A stretch of DNA of 52,495 bases from an uncultured Planctomycetales bacterium (GCA_964427405.1 CAYRUB010000011.1:1-52495), one strand, 5' to 3'. Shown: positions 22,923 through 31,063, numbered from the stretch's first letter. A program made the numbers and translations. Notes: generated by a model from the sequence alone, not told the origin.

Positions 22923-25667
22923 TCATGCTCCTCTGCCAGAAACCTTTTTTAAATCATTGATAAAGCCAAAGGGAATTTTATACCCTAATTCTTCTGCCCT
23001 ATGTACATCTTTCCAGCTTTTATCGTAGTCCTTTTTTAAGAGATAGGCAGCCCCCCTGTTACAATAGGCCTTGGAATATGCAGGGTTGATTTCTATGGCC
23101 TTGGTGTAATCAGCGATAGCTAACTCAAGATCGCCTTTATCATAATATACACTTCCCCGGTTACAGTAGGCCTTGGAATATGCAGGGTTGATTTCTATGG
23201 CCTTGGTGTAATCAGCGACAGCTAACTCAAGCTTGCCTCTGACATGATAGGTAATTCCCCGGCTGTTATAAGCTTCAGCATCTTTAGGATTAATTTCTAT
23301 GCCCTTACTATAATCAGAGATAGCTTGCACGAGATCATCCTTATCGTGATAGACACTTCCCCGGTTACAGTAGGCTTTGGAATATGCAGGGTTGATTTCT
23401 ATGGCTTTGGTGTAATCAGCGATAGCTAGCACAGGTTTGCCTTTTTTGTGATAAGCAATGCCCCGGTTGTTATAGGCCTCAGCATATTTAGAATCAATCT
23501 CTATGGCTTTGCTATAATCAGAAATTGCTAAGTCAAGATCGCCTTTTTTATGATAGACAATGCCCCGGTTGTTATAAGCCTCAGCATATTTAGGGTCAAT
23601 TTCTATGGCCTTGGTGTAATCAGCGATAGCTTGCTCAAGCTTACCTCTGACATGATAGGTAATTCCCCGGTTGTTATAGGCCTCAGCATCTTTAGGGTCA
23701 ATTTCTATGGCTTTGCTGTAATCAGAGATAGCTTGCTCAAGGTCGCCTTTTTTATGATAGGCAATTCCGCGATTGTTATAGGCCTCAGCATACTTAGAAT
23801 CAATCTCTATGGCTTTGCTATAGTCAGAGATAGCTAGCTCAAATTTGCCTTTTTTATGGTAAGTAATTCCCCGGTTGTTATAGGCTTCAGCATCTTTAAG
23901 GTTGATTTCGATGGCTTTGCTGTAATCAGAGATAGCTTGCTCAAATTTGCCTTTATCATAATAGGCATTTCCGCGGTTACAATAGGCTTTGGGATATACA
24001 GGGTTGATTTCGATGGCTTTGCTGTAATCAGAGATAGCTTGCTCAAGGTCGCCTTTTTTATGATAGGCAATTCCGCGATTATAATAGGCATCTGAATGCG
24101 CCGGATTAATTGCTATAATTTTATTGTAATCAGAAATAGCCTGTACCAGATTACCCTTACTATGATAGAAAATTCCCCGGTTGTAATAGGCCTTAAGATA
24201 TACAGGGTTAATTTCTATGGCTTTGCTATAGTCAGAGATAGCCTGCTCAAGATTACCTTTATCGTGATGGGCATTTCCGCGATTATAATAAGCATCGGAA
24301 TACGCCGGATTAATTGCTATAGCTTTATCATAACAAGCGATCCCGCCTTCGTGCTTGCCGAGAAAATATAAAGCAACACCCTTATTCAACATCTCCGAAG
24401 CCTCTAATTTAGCGCCTTCAAGCGGAGTTATTTTCTTTCCTGTTTCCTTTAAAAGCAGGGCTTCTAAATCTACTCTCATTGCTGCAAAATTTACATATCT
24501 TTTATTGGAGTCTTTTTCTAAACATTTCGTAATAATAGCAAAAAGAGGAGAATCAAAATGGGGGATTGTTCCATCTTTATGCGCCTTCTCATATTCCAAT
24601 GGATTACTGCCGGCAAAAGGTAATGCCCCGCATGCTGCCATTTGATAGAGAACAATGCCAAAAGAATAGATATCGCTTATTTGATCTATATGGCCATCAA
24701 ATTGTTCAGGGGCCATATAAGGAAGCGTTCCGCTTGTTACGCCACCCTTGCTTTTGAAGATACTCAAATCTGACTTTTCGTTTTCCGGAATATGTTCGTT
24801 AAACTCAATCTCTTGCGATAATTTTGCTTCCCCGAAATCAGTTATCTTTACGGTTTTATCTGAAGTAATCATAATATTTTCAGGTTTTATATTTCCATGA
24901 GCTTTAATCCCTTTTGCATAAGCATATTCCATGCCGTAACAAAACTCTATGGAGTATTTGATGATTTCAGGCAGGGTTAAATTATTCAAGTAATGGCTTA
25001 AAGTATTTCTTCCATTTTCGTCCGGCGCGATATAATCAAGGACAATAAAGGGGTAGTTTTCTATCCGTATAACTACGTAGGCACTGACAATATAGGGACA
25101 TTTGCCTAACTCTATCCAGGCAAGCGCTTCTCTTTCAAAAAAGGCCTGATTTTTCGGGGAAACTAAATATTTTCTTTGAAGGGTCTTTAAAACATAAGGG
25201 GCCCGGTTTATATTATCGTAGCAGGCACAGGCAATCCCCATGCCGCCTTCCAGAATACGATATACTTCATAACGGCCATATATAGAATCTCCGGCTTTTA
25301 TTTTAGTAACTAAATCCGGCGCGATACTCTCTTGCTTAGGAGAATCACTTAAGGAATCATTAAATAAGACAATTAGCTTAGTATCCCCCAACCCTATAAC
25401 GTCTTTATCTTTTAATTCATTTTTCCGGCGGATAATAATATTATTTAAAAGTGTCCCGTTTATGCTATTTAAATCTTCAATAAAACAAAGGTCGTTCTCC
25501 CGATAAATTAACGCGTGCATTCTTGAACAATAATCATCATAATTAATCTTAATCGCCGCATCATCCCCCCTGCCTATCAATATAGGCGAACCTGATTTAA
25601 CAAGGACTTTCTGATCTTTCAAGGGGCCGGTTAATACTGAAACACTGATAATTTTCTCTGAATTCAT
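22923..25667 (-). CDS. FHA domain / Hanks-type Ser/Thr kinase-like domain / about 14 TPR repeats
   Basis: The FHA domain contains ..ILIGRG..D..SR.HA..I..L.S.NGT.LN.. The kinase-like core has a G-loop GGMGIA, YVLKT, HGNIKPEN (Asn where the catalytic Asp is expected), DFG and APE. About 14 repeats of 34 aa follow (AISDYSKAIEI-P....AY.NRG..Y..KG.). Confidence 0.85.
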   Translation of the reverse strand: MNSEKIISVSVLTGPLKDQKVLVKSGSPILIGRGDDAAIKINYDDYCSRMHALIYRENDLCFIEDLNSINGTLLNNIIIRRKNELKDKDVIGLGDTKLIVLFNDSLSDSPKQESIAPDLVTKIKAGDSIYGRYEVYRILEGGMGIACACYDNINRAPYVLKTLQRKYLVSPKNQAFFEREALAWIELGKCPYIVSAYVVIRIENYPFIVLDYIAPDENGRNTLSHYLNNLTLPEIIKYSIEFCYGMEYAYAKGIKAHGNIKPENIMITSDKTVKITDFGEAKLSQEIEFNEHIPENEKSDLSIFKSKGGVTSGTLPYMAPEQFDGHIDQISDIYSFGIVLYQMAACGALPFAGSNPLEYEKAHKDGTIPHFDSPLFAIITKCLEKDSNKRYVNFAAMRVDLEALLLKETGKKITPLEGAKLEASEMLNKGVALYFLGKHEGGIACYDKAIAINPAYSDAYYNRGNAHHDKGNLEQAISDYSKAIEINPVYLKAYYNRGIFYHSKGNLVQAISDYNKIIAINPAHSDAYYNRGIAYHKKGDLEQAISDYSKAIEINPVYPKAYCNRGNAYYDKGKFEQAISDYSKAIEINLKDAEAYNNRGITYHKKGKFELAISDYSKAIEIDSKYAEAYNNRGIAYHKKGDLEQAISDYSKAIEIDPKDAEAYNNRGITYHVRGKLEQAIADYTKAIEIDPKYAEAYNNRGIVYHKKGDLDLAISDYSKAIEIDSKYAEAYNNRGIAYHKKGKPVLAIADYTKAIEINPAYSKAYCNRGSVYHDKDDLVQAISDYSKGIEINPKDAEAYNSRGITYHVRGKLELAVADYTKAIEINPAYSKAYCNRGSVYYDKGDLELAIADYTKAIEINPAYSKAYCNRGAAYLLKKDYDKSWKDVHRAEELGYKIPFGFINDLKKVSGRGA
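22990..24380 (-). repeat. tandem 102-bp (34-codon) TPR-coding repeats, some copies nearly identical at the DNA level
   Basis: For example, 64 nt starting at 23066 and at 23168 differ at one position, and a further close copy starts at 23372 (offsets 102 and 306). The repeat pattern generates the antisense pseudo-ORFs in the ORF track. Confidence 0.85.
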
Positions 25668-25668
25668 T

Positions 25669-26475
25669 TTATCTGCTTAGGTTAGTCCTCTTTTTCCAGA
25701 ATATAAATCCTGCTAAACCATATACTGCTATCAATGCAAATCCGTTTTCACCTGAGAAATATTGCGCAAGCGGGCTTGTAAGCTTCGTCATAGGATCAAA
25801 AAGGTTCTGCATATAAAAATTATGGCTGGCGTGCAATAAGACTGCCGGCCAAACGCTCCCTGATTTAAAGCGTATCCAGTTGATAATAAAACTCATCGCT
25901 AATAATACAATTGTCAGTTGCACAAGACTTATTGCAGGCGGAATATTACTTAGGTATTTACCAAGCATTACCAGGGGAAAATGCCAGACTGACCAGATAA
26001 TCCCGCTTAGTAAGCAAGTCCTGGTAAAACCCATAACCTTAAACAGATTAGGAACAAAAAAACCCCGCCAGCCGATCTCTTCTCCTGCGGCAAAAACAAT
26101 GTGTATAATTGTCCCAACAATCGCAAAGTGAAAGAAACTAAACTGATAGTTTAGGTTAATCCGGCCTAACCCGGTTACCCAGATAAACCCATAGGCAAGG
26201 ACTCCGCTGACCGCAGGCAAGAAATAACTTAATAAATACCAGGATAAATTCCCCAGACCCCAACCAAAACCACGCAGATTCCGCTCATAAATCAATTGAG
26301 TGATAAATGCGGAAACTGCCGGACACCACATCAAGATAAATATACCTAGAAGCAGGCCTATTGTGGTTTTTACGTAAATAAAGATAAACAAATAGGCAAC
26401 CACGCTCAAAACACTGCCAATGGTAAGAAAACTTATAATCTTCTTAGTCTCTTTTTTTATTATCCTCTTATCCAT
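25669..26475 (-). CDS. CPBP-family intramembrane glutamic endopeptidase (CAAX protease / Abi family)
   Basis: The protein is polytopic with the motifs GEEIGWRGF (E-E-x3-R), WSVWHFP (F-x3-H) and LLHASHNF (H-x3-N). The start is uncertain: either the ATG at 26475 (MDKRIIKK) or the TTG at 26514. Confidence 0.8.
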   Translation of the reverse strand: MDKRIIKKETKKIISFLTIGSVLSVVAYLFIFIYVKTTIGLLLGIFILMWCPAVSAFITQLIYERNLRGFGWGLGNLSWYLLSYFLPAVSGVLAYGFIWVTGLGRINLNYQFSFFHFAIVGTIIHIVFAAGEEIGWRGFFVPNLFKVMGFTRTCLLSGIIWSVWHFPLVMLGKYLSNIPPAISLVQLTIVLLAMSFIINWIRFKSGSVWPAVLLHASHNFYMQNLFDPMTKLTSPLAQYFSGENGFALIAVYGLAGFIFWKKRTNLSR

Positions 26476-26519
26476 AGATTCAACGGGTTTTAGATGCTCC
26501 CCATTACAAATCAAGCAGC

Positions 26520-26660
26520 TTAAGGAAGCTTGGCGAGTTCCGGAGTTTCTTTTAACTTGGCCATCTTCTTATTTAGCTTCAGCAATCTTTTCTCCTCTTG
26601 TTTCTTTTTTCTTGCCTGCTCCTTGAGGTTCTTTTGAAATGAATAATTAACTATTGCCAT
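26520..26660 (-). CDS. candidate 46-aa lysine-rich small protein (not in the ORF track)
   Basis: My own translation gives MAIVNYSFQKNLKEQARKKKQEEKRLLKLNKKMAKLKETPELAKLP. A very strong SD (GAGGAGGAG) lies 6 nt upstream of the ATG at 26660, downstream of a promoter-like motif. Confidence 0.4.
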   Translation of the reverse strand: MAIVNYSFQKNLKEQARKKKQEEKRLLKLNKKMAKLKETPELAKLP

Positions 26661-26723
26661 AATTTTCTCCTCCTCTTTATTGCTTCCAGTACCACAAAAG
26701 CAAATTGGTTGATTGTTTATTAT

Positions 26724-26754
26724 ATTCTATCACAAACTTCAAAATTGTAAGCAA
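26724..26754 (-). promoter_or_regulatory. promoter-like motif, copy L (TTGCTT-N19-TGATAGAAT)
   Basis: On the minus strand an extended -10, TGATAGAAT, has its hexamer at 26729..26724, and TTGCTT lies at 26754..26749. It is part of a roughly 64-nt module that is repeated at 27376-27439. Confidence 0.4.
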
Positions 26755-26790
26755 ACAAAAAGGGCTGGACTTAATAAGCCCAGCCCTTTA
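26753..26790 (-). terminator. intrinsic terminator after the 82-aa membrane ORF
   Basis: On the minus strand, AGGGCTGG-11 nt-CCAGCCCT is followed by TTTTGTTT. Confidence 0.65.
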
Positions 26791-26809
26791 AAAATAATCC
26801 CAAACTTTA

Positions 26810-27058
26810 CTACTTAGAGAACTTATTATATAGTTTAGCCAGGATAAGCCCCCATATTCCAGCAGTTACAAAACCCCAAATACCCAAAATAATGCTTCCT
26901 AAAATTGTCGGGGTATAACCCAGATAAACGCTTGCAGCTACCTCTCCCCAGGCATCACCCCAGGTAGAAGCTGTATCGATTAATCCTAAGATTAACATCC
27001 CGCAGCCCCAAAGGACACCACATGCCAACCCAAACGCCTTTACATTAATCTTGCTCAT
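26810..27058 (-). CDS. 82-aa glycine-zipper-rich small membrane protein of unknown function
   Basis: The sequence is MSKINVKAFGLACGVLWGCGMLILGLID...LGSIILGIWGFVTAGIWGLILAKLYNKF, with 2-3 TM segments and G-x3-G motifs. The SD is GAAGGAGGGG. From memory it resembles a widespread DUF-type ~80-aa membrane family; I have not verified this. Confidence 0.65.
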   Translation of the reverse strand: MSKINVKAFGLACGVLWGCGMLILGLIDTASTWGDAWGEVAASVYLGYTPTILGSIILGIWGFVTAGIWGLILAKLYNKFSK

Positions 27059-27084
27059 ATCCCCTCCTTCTTTATAGATGTATT

Positions 27085-27114
27085 ATCTTACTCCAATCCC
27101 AAAATTACAAGCAA
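27085..27114 (-). promoter_or_regulatory. promoter-like motif, middle copy (TTGCTT-N18-TAAGAT)
   Basis: The minus strand reads TTGCTTGTAATTTTGGGATTGGAGTAAGAT. It shares the TTGCTTRYAATTTTG core with the copies at 26724-26754 and 27376-27406. Confidence 0.3.
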
Positions 27115-27148
27115 TTTGTATCCTGCCCGCCACCCTATCCCATCCCAA

Positions 27149-27307
27149 TTATTTTTCTTTTAATAAGGCAATGCCACTTAGCACAAAAAATACTAATGTT
27201 ACGTAATTATAGACACTCCAGTAATTGTCATTGGCTAAAATCATACCTAAAATTGTGTAAACCGCAAGGACCAGCAACAACAGCCCAATCACTTTATTCT
27301 TCTTCAT
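27149..27307 (-). CDS. candidate 52-aa two-TM small membrane protein (not in the ORF track)
   Basis: My own translation gives MKKNKVIGLLLLVLAVYTILGMILANDNYWSVYNYVTLVFFVLSGIALLKEK. The SD AAAGGAGG lies upstream of the ATG at 27307. Confidence 0.5.
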   Translation of the reverse strand: MKKNKVIGLLLLVLAVYTILGMILANDNYWSVYNYVTLVFFVLSGIALLKEK

Positions 27308-27375
27308 CCCTACCTCCTTTTATTCTTACGGATCCTGCCTGCTAATACACCTCACCCACGCTCATTCTTCTGTTT

Positions 27376-27406
27376 ATTTTATCATAGATTTCAAAATTGC
27401 AAGCAA
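27376..27406 (-). promoter_or_regulatory. promoter-like motif, copy R (TTGCTT-N19-TGATAAAAT)
   Basis: On the minus strand an extended -10, TGATAAAAT, has its hexamer at 27381..27376, and TTGCTT lies at 27406..27401. It sits immediately after the phoU terminator. Confidence 0.4.
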
Positions 27407-27440
27407 ACAAAAAGGGCTGAAACGTTTTAAGTCCAGCCCC
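27405..27440 (-). terminator. intrinsic terminator after phoU
   Basis: On the minus strand, GGGCTGGA-loop-TCAGCCC is followed by TTTTTGTTT. It is paralogous to the terminator at 26753-26790. Confidence 0.6.
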
Positions 27441-27461
27441 GTGAAGATAGTTACAATACTT

Positions 27462-28139
27462 TTATATCTTATTCCTTAATTTCTCGGGATGATGGCGTAC
27501 GACTTCTGCCTGCACCATATAAATTACATCTTCCGCGATATTAGTAGTATGGTCACATATACGCTCCAGGAAACGGGCTATCAATAATAATTGAACCGCC
27601 CTTAAAACAGTAGCTGCATCTTTAACCATATAATCTTCGATAAGCTCTTTCTGTATTTCATTCCGCAGCTGATCAGCTTCGGAATCTGATAATAAAACTT
27701 TTTTGGCCAGAAAAATATCCCCTTTGACAAACGCATCTATAGACATCTTTACCATATTTTGCGCAACAGTTGTTAGCTTAGGGATATCAACCAATGGCTT
27801 TAAAAGCGGCTTATCCACTATTTCAAGCGTGCGCTGCGCTATATCTACCGCAATATCCGCTATCCTTTCCAATTCACTATTTATTTTCATGCCGGTTGTT
27901 ATAAAGCGGAGGTCTCTGGCCATAGGTTGATGCCTGACTATTAAATCTAAACACTTTTCATCAACAGTCAGCTCCAACTCATCAATTACCCTATCATGAT
28001 TGATAACCTCCTGGGCCATATTTTTATCGCGGTTTTTAAGCGCCTCAATTGACTTATAGATAGCCTCTTCGACAAAAACCCCCATCTTCAATATATCATT
28101 GTTTAAATCTTTTAACTCTTCATCAAAATGTTTTCCCAT
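27462..28139 (-). CDS. phoU: phosphate signalling complex protein PhoU
   Basis: The 225-aa protein has the duplicated PhoU domain, including ..E..VD......I....P.A.DLR.. and ..LERI.D....IAE.. patterns. Confidence 0.9.
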   Translation of the reverse strand: MGKHFDEELKDLNNDILKMGVFVEEAIYKSIEALKNRDKNMAQEVINHDRVIDELELTVDEKCLDLIVRHQPMARDLRFITTGMKINSELERIADIAVDIAQRTLEIVDKPLLKPLVDIPKLTTVAQNMVKMSIDAFVKGDIFLAKKVLLSDSEADQLRNEIQKELIEDYMVKDAATVLRAVQLLLIARFLERICDHTTNIAEDVIYMVQAEVVRHHPEKLRNKI

Positions 28140-28165
28140 AGTTCCCCCTATTCGTTATACCCTGA

Positions 28166-28564
28166 TTAATTATCTGCTAATATGTTCTTTATTAATTCAG
28201 TAACTTTGCAACTAATCTCATCTCTTACTTGCCTAAAAAACTCTATATTCTTATTTTTAGGATCTTCTATTTGCCATTCTATATGTTTATCCGCAGGTAA
28301 GAAAGGGCAGATATCCTGGCAACCCAGAGTAACTACATAATCAAAATTCCTTACCGGCAATGCATTAAACCCTCTAGAAAGATTTCCTGAAATATCTACC
28401 CCTGCTTCGCGCATTACCTCGATTGCCAAAGGATTAACCTTACCCGAAGGTTTCGATCCTGCACTATACGCCTCTATCTTCCCATTGCCAAATGCGCGGG
28501 CAAACCCTTCCGCCATCTGAGACCGACAGGAATTCTCAACACAAACAAAAAGCACTCTCTTCAT
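28166..28564 (-). CDS. arsC: arsenate reductase of the LMW-PTPase fold (ArsC family)
   Basis: The sequence VLFVCVENSCRSQMAEGF contains a C-x5-R P-loop with the ArsC-typical SQMAEG. A downstream Cys pair follows (LGCQDICP). A generic LMW phosphatase cannot be fully excluded. Confidence 0.75.
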   Translation of the reverse strand: MKRVLFVCVENSCRSQMAEGFARAFGNGKIEAYSAGSKPSGKVNPLAIEVMREAGVDISGNLSRGFNALPVRNFDYVVTLGCQDICPFLPADKHIEWQIEDPKNKNIEFFRQVRDEISCKVTELIKNILADN

Positions 28565-29326
28565 TTAGCCAAACCTCCCGGTGATATAAGCCTCAGTCCT
28601 CTTGTCTTGAGGTGCAGTAAATATATCAGGTGTTTTTCCAAACTCAACCAACTCACCCAAAAGAAAAAATCCCGTATAGTCAGAAACACGCGCTGCCTGC
28701 TGCATATTGTGCGTAACGATGACGATAGTATAATCTTTTTTGAGCTCCAAAATAAGCTCTTCAATCTTTGCAGTTGATATAGGATCAAGGCTGGCACAGG
28801 GCTCATCAAACAAAATTACTTCAGTCTCCACCGCCAAACACCTGGCAATACACAAGCGCTGTTGTTGGCCTCCGGATAATTTTAAAGCGCTGTCACCAAG
28901 CCTGTCTTTTACCTCATCCCAAATAACTGCCTTCTTTAAGGAATCCCGCACCCTCTGTTCAATAAATATTTTATCTTTTATACCGTTTACTTTTAAACCA
29001 TAGCTTATATTCTCAAATATAGTTTTAGGAAAAGGGTTTGGCTTCTGAAAAACCATCCCCACCCTTCTCCTTATATCAACAGGATCAACTGATGGATTAT
29101 TAATCTCCAAATCATCAAGAAATATTTTACCACAAAGAGTTGTATGCAAAACAAGTTCATTCATCCGGTTAAACAAACGTATAAAAGTTGACTTGCCGCA
29201 TCCCGACGGGCCAATCATCGCCGTAACCTTATTCGCATAGACATCAAGATTGACATTCTTTAGTGCCTGGTTTTTACCGTAAAAGAAATCCACGTTCTTG
29301 GCCTGCATTTTTATCTTGTTATCCAT
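28565..29326 (-). CDS. pstB: phosphate ABC transporter ATP-binding protein
   Basis: It has Walker [10 protein letters not shown], the signature LSGGQQQR and Walker B ILFDEP. I placed the start at the ATG at 29326 (MDNKIKMQ), which overlaps the pstA stop by 8 nt. Confidence 0.9.
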   Translation of the reverse strand: MDNKIKMQAKNVDFFYGKNQALKNVNLDVYANKVTAMIGPSGCGKSTFIRLFNRMNELVLHTTLCGKIFLDDLEINNPSVDPVDIRRRVGMVFQKPNPFPKTIFENISYGLKVNGIKDKIFIEQRVRDSLKKAVIWDEVKDRLGDSALKLSGGQQQRLCIARCLAVETEVILFDEPCASLDPISTAKIEELILELKKDYTIVIVTHNMQQAARVSDYTGFFLLGELVEFGKTPDIFTAPQDKRTEAYITGRFG

Positions 29327-30167
29327 GTAAGCTCCTCTGTCTTTGACGCAAAAATATGGCAAATCCTGAAATAAATAACACTAAGAGCAAAAGCACTAAA
29401 CTGCATCCATAAGCAATTGCTCTTTGCTTATCCGGATGCGCGCCTTCAGTCATTAGCGCATAAATATGATACGGCAAGGCCATCACTTCAGAAAATATGG
29501 ATTTGGGATAACCTCGCGTATAGAAAGCCGCAGCGGTGAATAAAATCGGAGCAGTCTCTCCGGCCACCCTGCCAATACTTAAAATCACACCCGTGAGAAT
29601 CCCGGGCAAGGCTGTAGGCAAAACAATATTCTTGATTGTTTCCCATTTCGTTGCGCCCAGAGATAATGAAGCTTCTCTGATTGACTGCGGGACAGCTAAA
29701 AGCGCCTCCTGTGCTGATGAAATAATCATCGGGAGCGCTAAAATCCCTAGAGTAAGACTGCCGGAAAGGATAGAAACTCCAAAACCAAATAATTTAACGA
29801 ATACCGCCAGTCCAAATAAACCAAAAACTACCGAAGGCACGCCAGCCAAATTATTTATACTAATTCTAATAATATTTACCACAATACTCTTGGGCGAATA
29901 TTCACAAAGATATACCGCACAAGCAAGCCCAAGCGGCAAAGCAAATAGGATTGCCCCCAAAGTAATATAAAGCGTTCCTACAATTACCGGAGCAATCCCG
30001 CCTTTAGTCATTGCCGAATATGGCACCTGGGTAAGAAAATTCCAGCTCAACACGCCAAAGCCGCGCAACGCAATAAAATATATAATTGAACCCAAGGCTA
30101 AAAGGGTAGCAACCATACAAAGAAATAAACCAAAAAATCCCAAATTCTGTGAAAACTCTTTTTTCAT
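29319..30167 (-). CDS. pstA: phosphate ABC transporter permease PstA
   Basis: It is a polytopic permease with an EAA-like loop (..[14 protein letters not shown]..). Its position between pstC and pstB supports the call. Confidence 0.9.
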   Translation of the reverse strand: MKKEFSQNLGFFGLFLCMVATLLALGSIIYFIALRGFGVLSWNFLTQVPYSAMTKGGIAPVIVGTLYITLGAILFALPLGLACAVYLCEYSPKSIVVNIIRISINNLAGVPSVVFGLFGLAVFVKLFGFGVSILSGSLTLGILALPMIISSAQEALLAVPQSIREASLSLGATKWETIKNIVLPTALPGILTGVILSIGRVAGETAPILFTAAAFYTRGYPKSIFSEVMALPYHIYALMTEGAHPDKQRAIAYGCSLVLLLLVLFISGFAIFLRQRQRSLHG

Positions 30168-31054
30168 CCGCTTAGCCCCAATTTTATCCTGAAACGCCGG
30201 CTAATCATTTCGGCAATAATATTAAAAATAAAAGTAATCCCGAACAATATAAGCGCGATTGCAAATAAAGCATGGTAATGGCTGCCCCCCATCGGTGCCT
30301 CCCCCATCTCCGCAGCAATCGCCGCAGTCATCGGCCGCACCGGCTCTAAAAAAGTATGGGGTATAACCGCTGCGCCTCCGGCAACCATTAATACTGTCAT
30401 AGTCTCGCCAATTGCCCGGCTCATTCCTAAGATTATACCCGTGGATATTCCTGAGCCTGCTGCCGGAATTACAACCTGAGTTAAAGTTTGCCAGCGTGTA
30501 GCACCAACAGCAAAAGAAGCCTCGCGAAAAGCATTAGGAACATAATTTAAAGCGTCTTCGGAGATACTGCATACTGTAGGCGTAGCCATAACTCCCAAAA
30601 TAATGCTAGCATTTAAAGCAGTTAAACCTGTCGGAAGATGAAACACCTTTTGCAAAAAAGGAGTAAGTACAACCATGCCGAAGAATCCGAAAACCACGGA
30701 AGGTATACTCGCTAATAACTCAATGATTGGTTTTAAAACTGCTTTTTGAGCCGGTCCCGATAATTCATTTAGATAAAGCGCACTGCCAACTCCCAGGGGA
30801 ACGCAAACTATAACTGCTCCCAAGGTAACCCAAAAAGAAGCTAAAATCAAAGGCAATATTCCAAATTCTGCCGGATTATAAGTGGGATACCAAAAACGGC
30901 CAAAGATAAATTTAGAAAAACTTACTTTCTGGAATATCGGCAGGCCTTCTTTAATCAACACCAGCACAATACCTACCAGAAAGAAAAGCGAAGCAAAAGC
31001 TAGGATAGTAAAAATCCATTTATAGAGTTTTTCTTTAATACGTAATATATTCAT
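30164..31054 (-). CDS. pstC: phosphate ABC transporter permease PstC
   Basis: It is a polytopic permease with the loop ..EASFAVGATRWQTL.. It overlaps pstA in an ATGA junction. Confidence 0.9.
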   Translation of the reverse strand: MNILRIKEKLYKWIFTILAFASLFFLVGIVLVLIKEGLPIFQKVSFSKFIFGRFWYPTYNPAEFGILPLILASFWVTLGAVIVCVPLGVGSALYLNELSGPAQKAVLKPIIELLASIPSVVFGFFGMVVLTPFLQKVFHLPTGLTALNASIILGVMATPTVCSISEDALNYVPNAFREASFAVGATRWQTLTQVVIPAAGSGISTGIILGMSRAIGETMTVLMVAGGAAVIPHTFLEPVRPMTAAIAAEMGEAPMGGSHYHALFAIALILFGITFIFNIIAEMISRRFRIKLGLSG

Positions 31055-31063
31055 AATAGGAGT

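Noticed and set aside
23244-24371. Several 60-95-aa ORFs lie on both strands inside the TPR region (23244-23429, 23550-23837, 23834-24091, 23856-24095, 24096-24371).
   Set aside because: They are periodic artefacts of the 102-bp repeat, which keeps alternative frames open. They lie entirely within the strongly supported FHA-kinase-TPR gene.
22990-24380. The regular repeats could be mistaken for a CRISPR array.
   Set aside because: The period is 102 bp with no unique spacers. The repeats are in frame within one long ORF and translate to canonical 34-aa TPR motifs.
28561-28809. An 82-aa ORF lies in an alternative frame of pstB. A similar one lies at 44460-44723 inside trpB.
   Set aside because: Both are nested out of frame in highly conserved genes and have no independent signals.
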